Of a DNA stretch of 64,000 bases, positions 18,387 through 28,704 are shown one piece after another; the stretch's first letter is position 1, and each line of letters starts with the position of its first letter. Made by a program: the position numbers and the translations under genes. The notes beneath the pieces were generated by a model. That model was not told where the DNA came from. It saw only the letters and a program-made list of their open reading frames with translations, and ran no database searches. Source of the stretch: an uncultured Acidobacteriota bacterium. GTDB taxonomy: Bacteria; Acidobacteriota; Terriglobia; UBA7540. The DNA lies in the NCBI GenBank assembly GCA_963804995.1, contig CAWDSK010000006.1, positions 160,001-224,000 of the forward strand. Reading direction: 5' to 3'.

Positions 18387-19701
18387 TTAAGCAAGTGTAG
18401 CGCGGCCCCCCGTCGTTGTGATCTGCCGGGTAGGATTGACATAAACCCAAGCCAGGACCCCCACCAACACGATCAAGCTCCCAGCATAAAGTCCCCAGGA
18501 CCAACCGACGAACGAGGCAATATAAGGTGTAAGAATAGGAGAAATAAGACCGCCGATGTTCGCTCCCATGTTAAGAATGCCGCAAGCGGCGCCCAGATGT
18601 TCACCCCCCACATGGATGGTCGTGGCCCAAAACGGCGCTTCCGAACACGCTACGGACCCGAAGGCCATCGTCATGAGGACGAAGGCGGCGAGGGTTCCGG
18701 TGGCGTTTGTGCCCAAATAGAGCAGGAAGGCGCTCAGGCTCATACTAACAATAGGGACATAGCGCCGGCCGACCTTGGCTCCGTAGAGCTTGGAGAGGAA
18801 GTCAGAAATCCACCCGCCGAGTGGCGTCATGAGCGTAAACGCCAGGAATAGAATGGTGGTGTAAATCGCGGTCTGGCTCGACCCTATGTGGCGAATCTGG
18901 CCGAAGTAGTAGTAGATCCAATAGAAGAATATGTATTCGAAGTAGCCCATAGTGCCATAGGCCAGGGTAAGCAGCATCAGATTTCGGTCAGTCAACAACC
19001 TGCGCCACGGGGTAGAGGCTGCGTGTTTGGCTTGAATCGGGGCACTATCCTCGAGCGAGGAGGTGTCCCTGCTCACCAATCGCGGGGTGTTCCTCCGGAT
19101 GATCACGCACATACCAGTACCACAGAACCGCAAGAGCCGCCGTGGTAACTCCGGCCAGGCAGAAGGACATCCGCCAGCCCCGATGCATAACCAACCAGGA
19201 AAACAAGAGTGGAGAACACGCACTCCCTAGTCCCGTGCCTGCCACAATCAGTCCTTGAACGATGGCGTGCCTCCGCAATGGAAACCAGTTGGATGTCATC
19301 TTGGCGCAAGACGGGTACAGCGGAGCCGTCATCACGCCCAACCCGAGGCGGATGACGAGAAACGAAGGGACAATGCCGAGATAGGAGCCCAGGCCCGGCC
19401 GCCCGCCCAGAGCCGTCATGCCCGTGAAAAAAGCCGCTCCCAGCCCTATCACGGTGAGGACCGAGCGGGGGCCAAGACGGTCTGCCAGCCGGCCCCCTGG
19501 AACCATGAGCAGAAAATAGCTGAAGACGAACGCGGAATAAATCGTTCCCATCGCGGTTTCCGATATAGCGAACTCTTTCATGATGTGTGGGCCGGCAATG
19601 GACATGATCGTCCGATCGAAATAGCTCATCACGCTGAAAGCCACCATTAAGATCACGATCTTCGTTTGGACGCGTTCCGCACTGCGGGTTGAGAAAGGCA
19701 T
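18387..19701 (-). CDS. MFS transporter (anion:cation symporter-like), one apparent frameshift near 19078
   Basis: SYFDRTIMSIA, GRLADRLGPR motif A; second half LNMGANIGG in adjacent frame. Confidence 0.85.
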
Positions 19702-20197
19702 TCAAGCGCTCCCCTATGCCGGCTATCATTCAATCGAATCCATTCATTGCGTACTGACGGGGTCGAATTAACTGGTCAGCACCTGACGAAGACGAATGGT
19801 GACTTGGAACTGCCTACAATGCACCACTTTCAAAATCGAAATCGCCAGGAATTATGCGTGGAAAACCTCAGCCTCTGCAGATCGCGGCCTGGATTGTATC
19901 TTCCTGCGCGTACCAGATTAATCCAGTGTTCTCTTTCGGGAAACCCCACCGGCAAGATTTTCTTTCCCACGTGCCGTTGGGATCTGTCCACCTCTCAAGA
20001 GCAGGCCATTGGCTTTCTGGCACCAAAGAGAAACCACTGTATCTTTCGGGATGGCGATTATAGGATTCGTACGATGATTCCCCTCCTAGATAGGGAGGTG
20101 GCCAGGGGGCGGTTGATCGGCGCGATTTGTCACTCACCCACCCAACCCCCTAGCTTACCTGAGGCGAAGAGTTATTCTCACAGCAGGAGGAAGTTAG

Positions 20198-21856
20198 ATG
20201 GCGCGGAGACGAGATTTGCTAAAGGCTCTTTCAGCGGGTGCAATGAATGCGGTGCTACCCGGTTTCCGCCCGGTGCCGCGAGCCGCCAAACCGGCGCCAG
20301 GTCAGCCGAATATTCTTTTCATCATTTCTGACCAGCACCGTGCGGGGCTTTCCAGGCGTTCAGAGTATCCCCTGGACACGAGCCCGACGCTCGATGCGTT
20401 AGCCGAACATGGAGTGAGTTTTGACAAGGCATACACCACGTGTCCAGTCTGTGCGCCAAGCCGCATTAGCCTGCTGACCGGGCGCTGGCCCGAGGCTCAC
20501 CGGCAGCGTCAGAACACTGCGCACCTCGAAGCTTTCTACGAGAAGGATCTTTTTGATGTGGTGAAGGCAGCGGGTTACAAGACGGGCCTCGCCGGCAAGA
20601 ATCACACCTACATAACGCCCGCTAAGCTGGATTTCTGGCGGGAGTATGGCCACCAGGGAGGCTGGGAGTCACCCACCGCGCCGCGCGAGGTGGTGCAATT
20701 TGACGCATGGATGCGACGCCTGAACTCCGGCGTGTCTTATGTGCCGACACCCTTCCCCGTAAGTACTCAATCACCCTACCGCATCGTTTCCGATGCCATC
20801 GAATTCATGGATAGATTTGGCAACCAGCCTTTTGCTCTGGAGGTCAGCTTTCCCGAACCTCACAATCCCGAGCAAGTGCCCAGGCCCTATTGGGATATGT
20901 ACCCTCCGGAAAGTGTGCCGGACCGTTGCGCCAGCCCCGAGGTATTGAAATACAGGGGGTATAAGGAGCAATGGTTGTATGGAATGGAAAATGACACCCA
21001 TCCCATCTACGAAAAAAATTGGCGGCGTTATAAGTCGAATTATTTGGGAATGCTCCGGTTGCTGGATGACCAGTTAAAACGCCTCGTCGATTACATGAAG
21101 CAGCAAAATCTGCTGGAGAAGACCATCATCGTGTACCTTGCCGATCACGGTGACTACTTGATGGACTATGGTCTGGGCCGCAAGGGAGCTGGATTGCCGG
21201 AGTGTCTGACCAGGATTCCCATGGTGTGGTCAGGATGGGGGATCGAAGGGGGCCATCCCCACCATTCGGCCTGTGTGTCCAATGCCGATGTGATGCCGAC
21301 ACTGTGTGAAGCCATCGGTGCGGAGATTCCCCAGGGTGTGCAGGGACGCAGTCTCTGGCCGCTTCTTCAAGGTAAAGGATATCCCGAGGAGGAGTTCCGC
21401 AGCATTTACGCGGGGGTGGGATTTGGCGGGTTATACTACGATGAGTCTTACGCGATGCCTTATCGACTTGCACAATACCCCCCCAAGGGAGAGAGCGGCG
21501 AGGGGCGGCCCACCCCGCTCTGGAATATCGATGAATTGAACCCCGTCACCCAAAGCGGCACCCAGAAGATGGTCCGCATGGGTGATTGGAAGCTGATTTA
21601 TGACATGATGGGCTATGGCCAGCTTTACAATCTGGCATCCGATCCGTGTGAGTTGAAGAATCTGTTCTCAGACCCCTCCGTAGCAGGAGAACAAATGCGG
21701 ATGGTAGAAGAACTGTTGATGTGGACAATCCGAAGCCAGGACACCTTGCCCACGGACGAGCCCCTAAAAGGCTGGCAGAGCACCCGCTGGTCAAAGCAGC
21801 ACAACTGGTACGCGCCTTATCGCCATGGGAAGGCCCCAGGGCCCTTTATTCCGTAA
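20198..21856 (+). CDS. Tat-exported Cys-type sulfatase
   Basis: RRRDLLK; PNILFIISDQ; CAPSRISLLTG; GKNH; ADHG. Confidence 0.93.
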   Translation: MARRRDLLKALSAGAMNAVLPGFRPVPRAAKPAPGQPNILFIISDQHRAGLSRRSEYPLDTSPTLDALAEHGVSFDKAYTTCPVCAPSRISLLTGRWPEAHRQRQNTAHLEAFYEKDLFDVVKAAGYKTGLAGKNHTYITPAKLDFWREYGHQGGWESPTAPREVVQFDAWMRRLNSGVSYVPTPFPVSTQSPYRIVSDAIEFMDRFGNQPFALEVSFPEPHNPEQVPRPYWDMYPPESVPDRCASPEVLKYRGYKEQWLYGMENDTHPIYEKNWRRYKSNYLGMLRLLDDQLKRLVDYMKQQNLLEKTIIVYLADHGDYLMDYGLGRKGAGLPECLTRIPMVWSGWGIEGGHPHHSACVSNADVMPTLCEAIGAEIPQGVQGRSLWPLLQGKGYPEEEFRSIYAGVGFGGLYYDESYAMPYRLAQYPPKGESGEGRPTPLWNIDELNPVTQSGTQKMVRMGDWKLIYDMMGYGQLYNLASDPCELKNLFSDPSVAGEQMRMVEELLMWTIRSQDTLPTDEPLKGWQSTRWSKQHNWYAPYRHGKAPGPFIP

Positions 21857-22105
21857 GCTGGACTCCGGTAGAAAGCCATCCGTCCCATTCTCATGGTTAG
21901 CGTCCGGCGAGCCCATCTCTTCCCCACGTAGCCCACTGCCTGAAACTCCACTTGCTTCCTGCGCCCAGGCCGGGCAAAAGGAGGTGCACAGTGTGATAAA
22001 ATGAAATCCTTCCTGAATAGAACCAGGGCATGAACTCAATTCAGATCCTTACGGGCAAGATGCCGAAATACTTTTCGCTTAGATTCCAAGGGATACGCCT
22101 AAGCA

Positions 22106-23616
22106 ATGTCTACAACGAATACGCGAGTGACAAAGCAACATGATCGGCAAAAACGCCAGCGGTCCGCGGTCACGCGAAGAGCTTTTCTCCGCGCGGCTTC
22201 CCTGTCGCCAGCGTTTTTCGCACTTGCATCCCGGCGGGCGAGCGCGGTGAACACTGAAACTCCCAAACCCACCGACATCCGCATTGATGAAGTCGCCATC
22301 GACTACCAGGATTTTCCCTACCGTACGCCCTACAAATTCGGCGGCAGGGAGATTGACCGGGTGACCGTCCTGAACGTCTGGTGTTCCGTGCACACCCTAA
22401 GCGGCCGCGAAGCGCGCGGCTTCGGGTCGATGCCGCTGGTCAGCGCCTGGGCATTCCCGTCTAAGAAAATGTCCTCCGACTCAACCCTGGGGGCCATGAA
22501 AGTCCTGGCTGAGAGCATTCGAGGCATCACTGAAGACTTCGACGACCTTGCTCATCCCATCGACATCAACGTGGCGCTCGAACCCGAATACGTGCGAGCC
22601 GCGCAGGAGGTATCCGAAGACCTGCACCTCGCGGAACCGATTCCCAAGCTCTGTACTTTGGTAACTGCGAGCGCATTCGACGCCGCTTTGCATGACGCTT
22701 TCGGAAAAGCCAACGGGGTTAGCAGCTATCACGCTTATGGCCGCGATTTCATGACCTACGACCTCGGGCACTACCTTGGCCCCGACTTCAACGGTGAATA
22801 CCCTGACCAGTATTTGTTGCGGGACCCCACGCCCCGCTTGGCGATATACCACTCCGTGGGCGAGTCAGACCCCATCGCAGAGTCGGACGTCAAGGAGCGC
22901 ATTCACGACGGCATGCCCATGAGCCTGCATGGGTGGATTGACTACAATGGCCTGACGCACATCAAGATCAAATTAGCGGGTAATAATCTGGAATGGGATC
23001 TCAGCGGATGCTGAGCATCGACCGGACCACCCGCGAGGTAGAGACGGCGCGCGGCGTGAAGGATTGGGTTTACTCGCTCGACTTCAATGAGCAGTGCAGC
23101 AACGTCGCATACCTGTTGGATTTTTTACACCGCCTGAAGGAGAAGTCGCCTATCGCTTACGATAAAATCCAGTTCCTCGAACAGCCGACCAAACGCGACC
23201 TCGCAAACGATCGGGGAAATGTGATGTTCGAGGTTGCGAAGCTTTGGCCGGTCGTAATCGATGAATCACTGACAGGGCTGGATATGCTGATGCTGGCGCG
23301 TCAAATGGGCTACTCGGGAGCGGCGCTAAAGACCTGCAAGGGGCATACAGAGTCCATACTTCTTGCCGCGGTTTGTCAAAAATACAAGATGTTCATGTGC
23401 GTCATGGATTTCACTTGCCCCGGCGCTTCCCTGGTGCACTCCGCAGGACTGGCAGCCCACCTGCCCACGATTACCGCCCTTGAATCCAACGCTCGGCACT
23501 TCGTGCCCGCCGGCAATCGTGGCTGGGAGAGCAAATTCCCGGGAATCTTCGTCATCAAAGACGGCACGATGAGCACAGGGGACCTGACCAAACCCGGCTT
23601 GGGTGTTGTTGAGTAA
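22106..23616 (+). CDS. Tat-exported enolase-superfamily (mandelate racemase-like) enzyme, apparent frameshift near 23002
   Basis: TRRAFLR; KIK; LDFNE, EQP, DES metal ligands; ALK. Confidence 0.82.
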
Positions 23617-23621
23617 CCTAG

Positions 23622-23820
23622 TGTGGTGTCCCGTGTTAGAGTTGACAAGGGGTAGAACCCCCTCACCCGTCTGGCCTCGGCTGATGAGAACGCCTCGGCC
23701 AGCCACCCTCTCCCCCAAAGGGGCGAGGGCAAGAAAATTAACTCTCCCCTCGCCCCTTTGGGGGAGAGGGGCTGGGGGGTGAGGGGGACAGCCTTGTCAA
23801 ATATTAACCGGGACACCACA
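23622..23820. mobile_element. MITE-like unit with ~29-bp TIRs enclosing a REP doublet
   Basis: TGTGGTGTCCCGTGTTAGAGTTGACAAGG / CCTTGTCAAATATTAACCGGGACACCACA; flanks CTAG and CGAG. Confidence 0.75.
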
Positions 23821-23836
23821 CGAGGAGGAGAATCCC

Positions 23837-24865
23837 ATTTCCACAATCCTCACTACCACCGTCGGGTCGTACCCCATACCGGATTGGCTGACCGCCGCAC
23901 CCAGCCGGCAGTCTCGTCTTGATGCCACGCGCGTGGTCTTCGACATCCAGCGGCAGGCGGGCATCGACCTCCCCACGGATGGCGAACTCTATCGGTTCGA
24001 TATCAACCATCCCGACACCAACGGCATGATCGAATACTTTCTGCGGCCTATGAGCGGCATCAGCACCGAGCTTGGGCGCGCCGATTGGGACGCCTATTAC
24101 CGGTTGCGGGGGGTGGGTTTTCGCAACATCCCCGCAGGCATTGTCACCGGTGCGATTAGTGGAGGCAAACTTAACCTACTGGCCGATTGTTCGACCACTG
24201 CCGAGGTCGCGGGCGGTCCGTTCAAATTTACCGTGACCAGCCCCTACATGCTTTCCCGGCTGCTCTTGGACAATCACTATCATGATTTCGATGCCTTGAC
24301 CATGGCCGTCGCCAAAGCTCTGAGCGAACAAGTTGCGGGCCTTCCTTGTGCCTGCCTGCAAGTTGATGAAGCCATCCTGGTCGAGAATCCAGAGGACGTT
24401 GCCCTGGCGGCGAAAGCGATCAACCTTCTGCTCGACAGTGTCACCTGCCAGCGGGCAGTGCACCTCTGCTTCGGCAACTATGGCGGCCAGACCATTCGCA
24501 AGGGACATTGGGCCTCGCTGATAGAATTCTTCAACGCCCTGCACGCCGACCACCTGGTCTTGGAAATTGCTCACCGCCCGAGCGAAGACCTCGAGGCACT
24601 GAAGGACGTTGCGCCGCGAATCAAGCTTGGCATCGGGGTCGTGGATGTGAAGATTAATCGCGTCGAAACAGCCGATGAGATTGCCCAGCGGATTGAGGCG
24701 GCGGAAAAGATCCTGGGCCCCGGGCGGGTAGGCTGGGTCCATCCCGATTGCGGTTTCTGGATGCTGAAGCGTTCAGTGGCCGATCGCAAAATCGCCGCGC
24801 TGGTTAAAGGGCGCGACCGCTATCTGGGCAAGGGCTCACACACCGCCGCGGGTAAGTCAAATTAG
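23837..24865 (+). CDS. Cobalamin-independent methionine synthase II family protein (single domain)
   Basis: TTTVGSYP, TDGE, QVDE, HLCFGN, LE, PDCG Zn ligands; apparent ATT start after GAGGAGGAG. Confidence 0.88.
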   Translation: MSTILTTTVGSYPIPDWLTAAPSRQSRLDATRVVFDIQRQAGIDLPTDGELYRFDINHPDTNGMIEYFLRPMSGISTELGRADWDAYYRLRGVGFRNIPAGIVTGAISGGKLNLLADCSTTAEVAGGPFKFTVTSPYMLSRLLLDNHYHDFDALTMAVAKALSEQVAGLPCACLQVDEAILVENPEDVALAAKAINLLLDSVTCQRAVHLCFGNYGGQTIRKGHWASLIEFFNALHADHLVLEIAHRPSEDLEALKDVAPRIKLGIGVVDVKINRVETADEIAQRIEAAEKILGPGRVGWVHPDCGFWMLKRSVADRKIAALVKGRDRYLGKGSHTAAGKSN

Positions 24866-24939
24866 TAGTGCCGGGCCAGCTACTCACCCCAGCACTGTTC
24901 ACATAACGGGTATGTCTCTTTTCAATTTGTCCCCGTCCG

Positions 24940-25176
24940 ACCCCCTCACCCGCCTGCGGGCCGAAGCTGAGGTTGTTTACTGTTCCCGGGTGCCCCTTCG
25001 GTGGGCGCAGGCCCGTCCCGCCCCGGCTGATGAGAACGCCGGCTGCGGTCCACCCTCTCCCCCAAGGGGGTGAGGGTTATGAATTCGATTCAACATCCCC
25101 CTCTCATCTTGGTAATTTCAAACTAACTCTCCCCTCGGTCGCCGCGGCGACAGAGGGGCTGGGGGTTAGGGGGTTC
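24940..25176. repeat. REP-D doublet (CCCCTCACCCG...CTGATGA...CACCCTCTCCC) with nested ~63-bp palindromic insert
   Basis: Same core at 23658, 53785, 54026, 56597; CCTGCGGGCCGAAG...GCAGG insert shared with the 56597 copy. Confidence 0.8.
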
Positions 25177-25252
25177 CGAATCAGGTACGGTCTCGTGACA
25201 AAGCCTATTTGAAAATCGTTGCCCTCGCGAAACAACCCTCACGACATGCTGG

Positions 25253-27631
25253 CTAGTACACCAGGTGTTGCACACCAGGATGCAGCACTGTACTCTTTCC
25301 TTTCCAGAGAAACGCGCCGGTGAGTCCTGCCGGCAGTGTCACATCCGCCTTCAAATGATCGCCGTCCCTTTGGTAAGCAACCGTGATGTCACCACGCGGG
25401 TGAGGCATGGTCGCATTCAATTGCTTAAGTGACCCAAGGTGCGGTTGGATGGTAACCCTGCTGAACCCCGGCGCGGCCGATTCAATTCCCGCCACGGTCG
25501 CCAGCAGATCGAAGTTGGGATGCGCGCTCCAGGCGTGGCAATCCGATCTCCCCGGTTCCGGCATTTCGGCCCAGGTGGTCAAGCCCAATGCCAGCATTTT
25601 CCGCCAGGGCTCCAGTTGCGCCAGATATTCATCCGCAAGGTCGGCCTTTTTCATGGCCCGGAAGAGGTAAAAGCGGAAGTAGTAGGTGGCCGGCGTAAGG
25701 CTGGAGTCGGCCAAAATGCTTTTTATGACTCGCTGCTGGTCGGCCGCGGGGATCGAATCCGCCAGCACGCCCAGAATATTCGCTTGCTGGCTGAAGGTTT
25801 TGTGCTCCGGCGTATCTGCAAGCAATTTACGCGCGGGGTCCCAGCACAGTTTATATACCGCAGTCACGATTTTGGTAGCGAGCGCCCTGTCCCGCGCCGC
25901 CAATTCTTTGCTGCCATAAGCGTCTTCCAGGTCGGCTGCAGCGCGCAGGCCGATGGCAAATTGCAGGCTCAGCATGGAAGATTGACCATCCTTATCCATG
26001 GGCGGACGCCCGTCGTCAAACTGATTCGGCCAGTCCACAAAGTTCCACCACTTGAGCCGCCCCAACATTCCCGAGGGCGCCATGCGGCGCTCAAACCAGC
26101 CCAGCACGTCGCGCATGCCGGGAACATAGTTGCGCAGAAAATCCACGTCGCCGCGGTACCACCAGAAATCGTGCATCATGCCGATCCAGAAGAGCGAGAA
26201 CTGCGGGATATATTGCGGGGTGGAAGTGGGGTAACGGCTTTGGGTCAGACCTTCTGGCGTGCGGGATTCGTCGAGCGATTCGATGGCGTTCTTCACCAAG
26301 CGGTCGTCGCCGGTCATGTAAAGAGAGATCAGACTCTGAATGCGGGTATCGCCAACGTATTGGAGTTGTTCCCAGTAGGGGCAATCCACATAAGTCTCAT
26401 GCGCGCACAACCGGGCGGTCCGCCAACCCACTTGCCAGATTTTCGCGAGTTCCGGGTCGTCGCTGTCAAAACGGGCGCGCTGTTCGAAGGGATAAGCCGT
26501 AAAGCGGGACCTCAGATCCTCAATCGTGAGTGGTTGGGATCCGGTCTCCGCTTCAATTTGCAAATAGCGGAAGGTCCGCCACCAAAGCGGCCGGAAGAGG
26601 CGATGCTGGCCGCCGTCAGGTTGAAAACGATCCAGGAGGCCCCGCATCTCCTTGCCCTCGATTTCGTTGCGGTTGCCCTTCTCATGCCCCTTCCAAAGCC
26701 CCTCGGCGTAGGTCAGGGTGAGGCTTGAGCCTTGCCCGCCACTGCTCACGAGCTCGGGATAGCCCGTCGTCAAATAGCTTTGATCGAAGAGCAGTGTGAC
26801 GTGGGAATTTGCCGGTACGGTAAAAGGTGCGCAGCCCTGCAAGAATTCCGGAGATACCTCCGCGCCATTCGCTCGAACCACTCGCGCCAGCCTTTCCAGC
26901 TTGTCCTCCATTAGAGGAATGGTGCGCGGGGTCAGCATCCACGAGGAGTTGTAATAGATCCGGATCGAGCGTGTGTCGCCATGCGCGATGGGCAGTGCCG
27001 CAACCCAGCCTGAATCGTCAAACCCCGGAGTCTCCCATCCCCACGGATACTGAGAGGCGTCAACCTGCTCGCCCGGACCAACAGCGAGAAATCCTCCAAT
27101 CTTTTCCTCGCTCATCGGGATCATCGTGACCGCCCGGCTCCTGTACACTTTCCAGGAATCGTCGGTGTTCACGATCTCTTCCGTGGCCGAGTCGCCTTGA
27201 ACGATCAGGCCCGTTTCGCTCGAGACCTGCGCCAAGGGAGCCATTGCGGCAAAGTTCCACACCACCGCCGCAAGTAAGTTTCGCCCGGCGACAAGATGAG
27301 GGGCAATATCGAGCGTCTCATAGCGCCAGTAGTTCAGGTCACCGCGCGCGGGGCCTTCGACCACCCGCTGGCCGTTCACGAACAACTCATACCGATTGTC
27401 GCCGCTCACATGAATAACAAAGTGCTGAGGAACGGAGTCAAGCGTGAACGCCTTGCGGAAATGAAAAACCCCGAACTCACGCCGCGGCCCTTCTGGATGC
27501 CTGATCCACGAAGCGTTCCAGGTGTGGTGAACCAGATCCAAGCCCGCCGTTTGCGAAGTAGATACGGAACAGGGTACCAGGCCGAATGCGAACGTTAAGG
27601 CGATGTAAAGAATCTTGGTTTGAAAACGCAT
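25253..27631 (-). CDS. Alpha-L-rhamnosidase (GH78)
   Basis: SGDNRYEL, DCPYWEQLQYVGD, GLTTWAE, SDCHAWS; signal peptide. Confidence 0.92.
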   Translation of the reverse strand: MRFQTKILYIALTFAFGLVPCSVSTSQTAGLDLVHHTWNASWIRHPEGPRREFGVFHFRKAFTLDSVPQHFVIHVSGDNRYELFVNGQRVVEGPARGDLNYWRYETLDIAPHLVAGRNLLAAVVWNFAAMAPLAQVSSETGLIVQGDSATEEIVNTDDSWKVYRSRAVTMIPMSEEKIGGFLAVGPGEQVDASQYPWGWETPGFDDSGWVAALPIAHGDTRSIRIYYNSSWMLTPRTIPLMEDKLERLARVVRANGAEVSPEFLQGCAPFTVPANSHVTLLFDQSYLTTGYPELVSSGGQGSSLTLTYAEGLWKGHEKGNRNEIEGKEMRGLLDRFQPDGGQHRLFRPLWWRTFRYLQIEAETGSQPLTIEDLRSRFTAYPFEQRARFDSDDPELAKIWQVGWRTARLCAHETYVDCPYWEQLQYVGDTRIQSLISLYMTGDDRLVKNAIESLDESRTPEGLTQSRYPTSTPQYIPQFSLFWIGMMHDFWWYRGDVDFLRNYVPGMRDVLGWFERRMAPSGMLGRLKWWNFVDWPNQFDDGRPPMDKDGQSSMLSLQFAIGLRAAADLEDAYGSKELAARDRALATKIVTAVYKLCWDPARKLLADTPEHKTFSQQANILGVLADSIPAADQQRVIKSILADSSLTPATYYFRFYLFRAMKKADLADEYLAQLEPWRKMLALGLTTWAEMPEPGRSDCHAWSAHPNFDLLATVAGIESAAPGFSRVTIQPHLGSLKQLNATMPHPRGDITVAYQRDGDHLKADVTLPAGLTGAFLWKGKSTVLHPGVQHLVY

Positions 27632-27880
27632 GAATAAATGTGCCCCCTTCAAGTAGCAGTTAACTCCGTGCGGGCCGCAGTATACCGCTCAAACCATGCT
27701 TTGTCCTATGGTGCGTGAGAAAAATTGGAGATGGCTGATTCCACTCTTCCTCACATTCCTGTAACCACAGATCACCGCGCGCATCTAAGGTAAGTGTGAT
27801 GAAGCGAGGAGCGGGGAGAAGTGTACACTGGTGAGGGGGTGGTGATCCCCCTACAGGATCCAAACTCTAAGGAGGTTCGG

Positions 27881-28204
27881 ATGAGGAAACTTGCGTGTCT
27901 AGGTGCGGGCATACTGCTGGCCGTTAGCCTGAGTCTCGCGGCGCCGGGGACGACCAAGACTTTTGTGGGCAGCATTGGAGATTCCATGTGCGGGGCCAAG
28001 CACATGATGCCCGGGAGTGCCAAGGATTGTACTCTCGAGTGCATCAAGGGTGGCGCGAAGTATATTCTGATTGACCCCGCAGGCAAGGTCTACCAACTCA
28101 GCGATCAAAAGAAACCGGAGCAGTTTGCAGGCGGTGAAGTGAAAGTCACCGGGACGCTGAAGGGCGACACCATTACGGTCAGCTCGATCGAAGCCAAGAA
28201 GTGA
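27881..28204 (+). CDS. Small secreted protein with Cys/His/Met motif (DUF5818-like)
   Basis: AAGGAGGT SD; signal peptide; DSMCGAKHMM...CTLEC. Confidence 0.8.
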   Translation: MRKLACLGAGILLAVSLSLAAPGTTKTFVGSIGDSMCGAKHMMPGSAKDCTLECIKGGAKYILIDPAGKVYQLSDQKKPEQFAGGEVKVTGTLKGDTITVSSIEAKK

Positions 28205-28371
28205 CGCGCGGGATTTTCCCTGCCCTTAGTCGCTGTTGCGCGATAGGGGGTCTGGGTCAGCGTAAGGGAGCGGCCGCGGGGCACTTCTCCCAAAAGGACC
28301 AGCGGGGCGAAGAAAAATCGACTATAATCTTTTCGATAAAGTTCAACCCGGAAGGATTTGAAAAAGAACAT

Positions 28372-28515
28372 ATGGAAACGGGTCACAGCACGCCCACGGG
28401 GCAGGAGTGGAAAGTCCGCCGCGTGGGAACAGTTACGTTTGCAATCTCTAAACCCAAGAGAAGTCGCCGGAAACTGCGTCAGATGCGCTTGAAGAATCGC
28501 CGACGCGCGCGTTAA
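28372..28515 (+). CDS. Possible 47-aa highly basic protein
   Basis: METGHSTPTGQEWKVRRVGTVTFAISKPKRSRRKLRQMRLKNRRRAR; TATAAT at 28323. Confidence 0.35.
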   Translation: METGHSTPTGQEWKVRRVGTVTFAISKPKRSRRKLRQMRLKNRRRAR

Positions 28516-28704
28516 GTAGCGATAGCCAACGGGCCTGGCAGGCAACTCATTCAGATTACTGAATGTGGGTAGAACGGAAGGCGATGTACCTTTCGGGGCG
28601 GTGGAGTATTTTGCCCTGAGCTCATTCGAAAAAGCTTTCGTGGCTCGGCACCATAGGGTTCGCTCCATCGTGGTCGCGATCGCTCCATCACTGCTGGCAA
28701 ATCG

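Noticed and set aside
19747..20137. ORFs in the MFS-sulfatase gap
   Set aside because: No motifs or SD; probably a divergent promoter region
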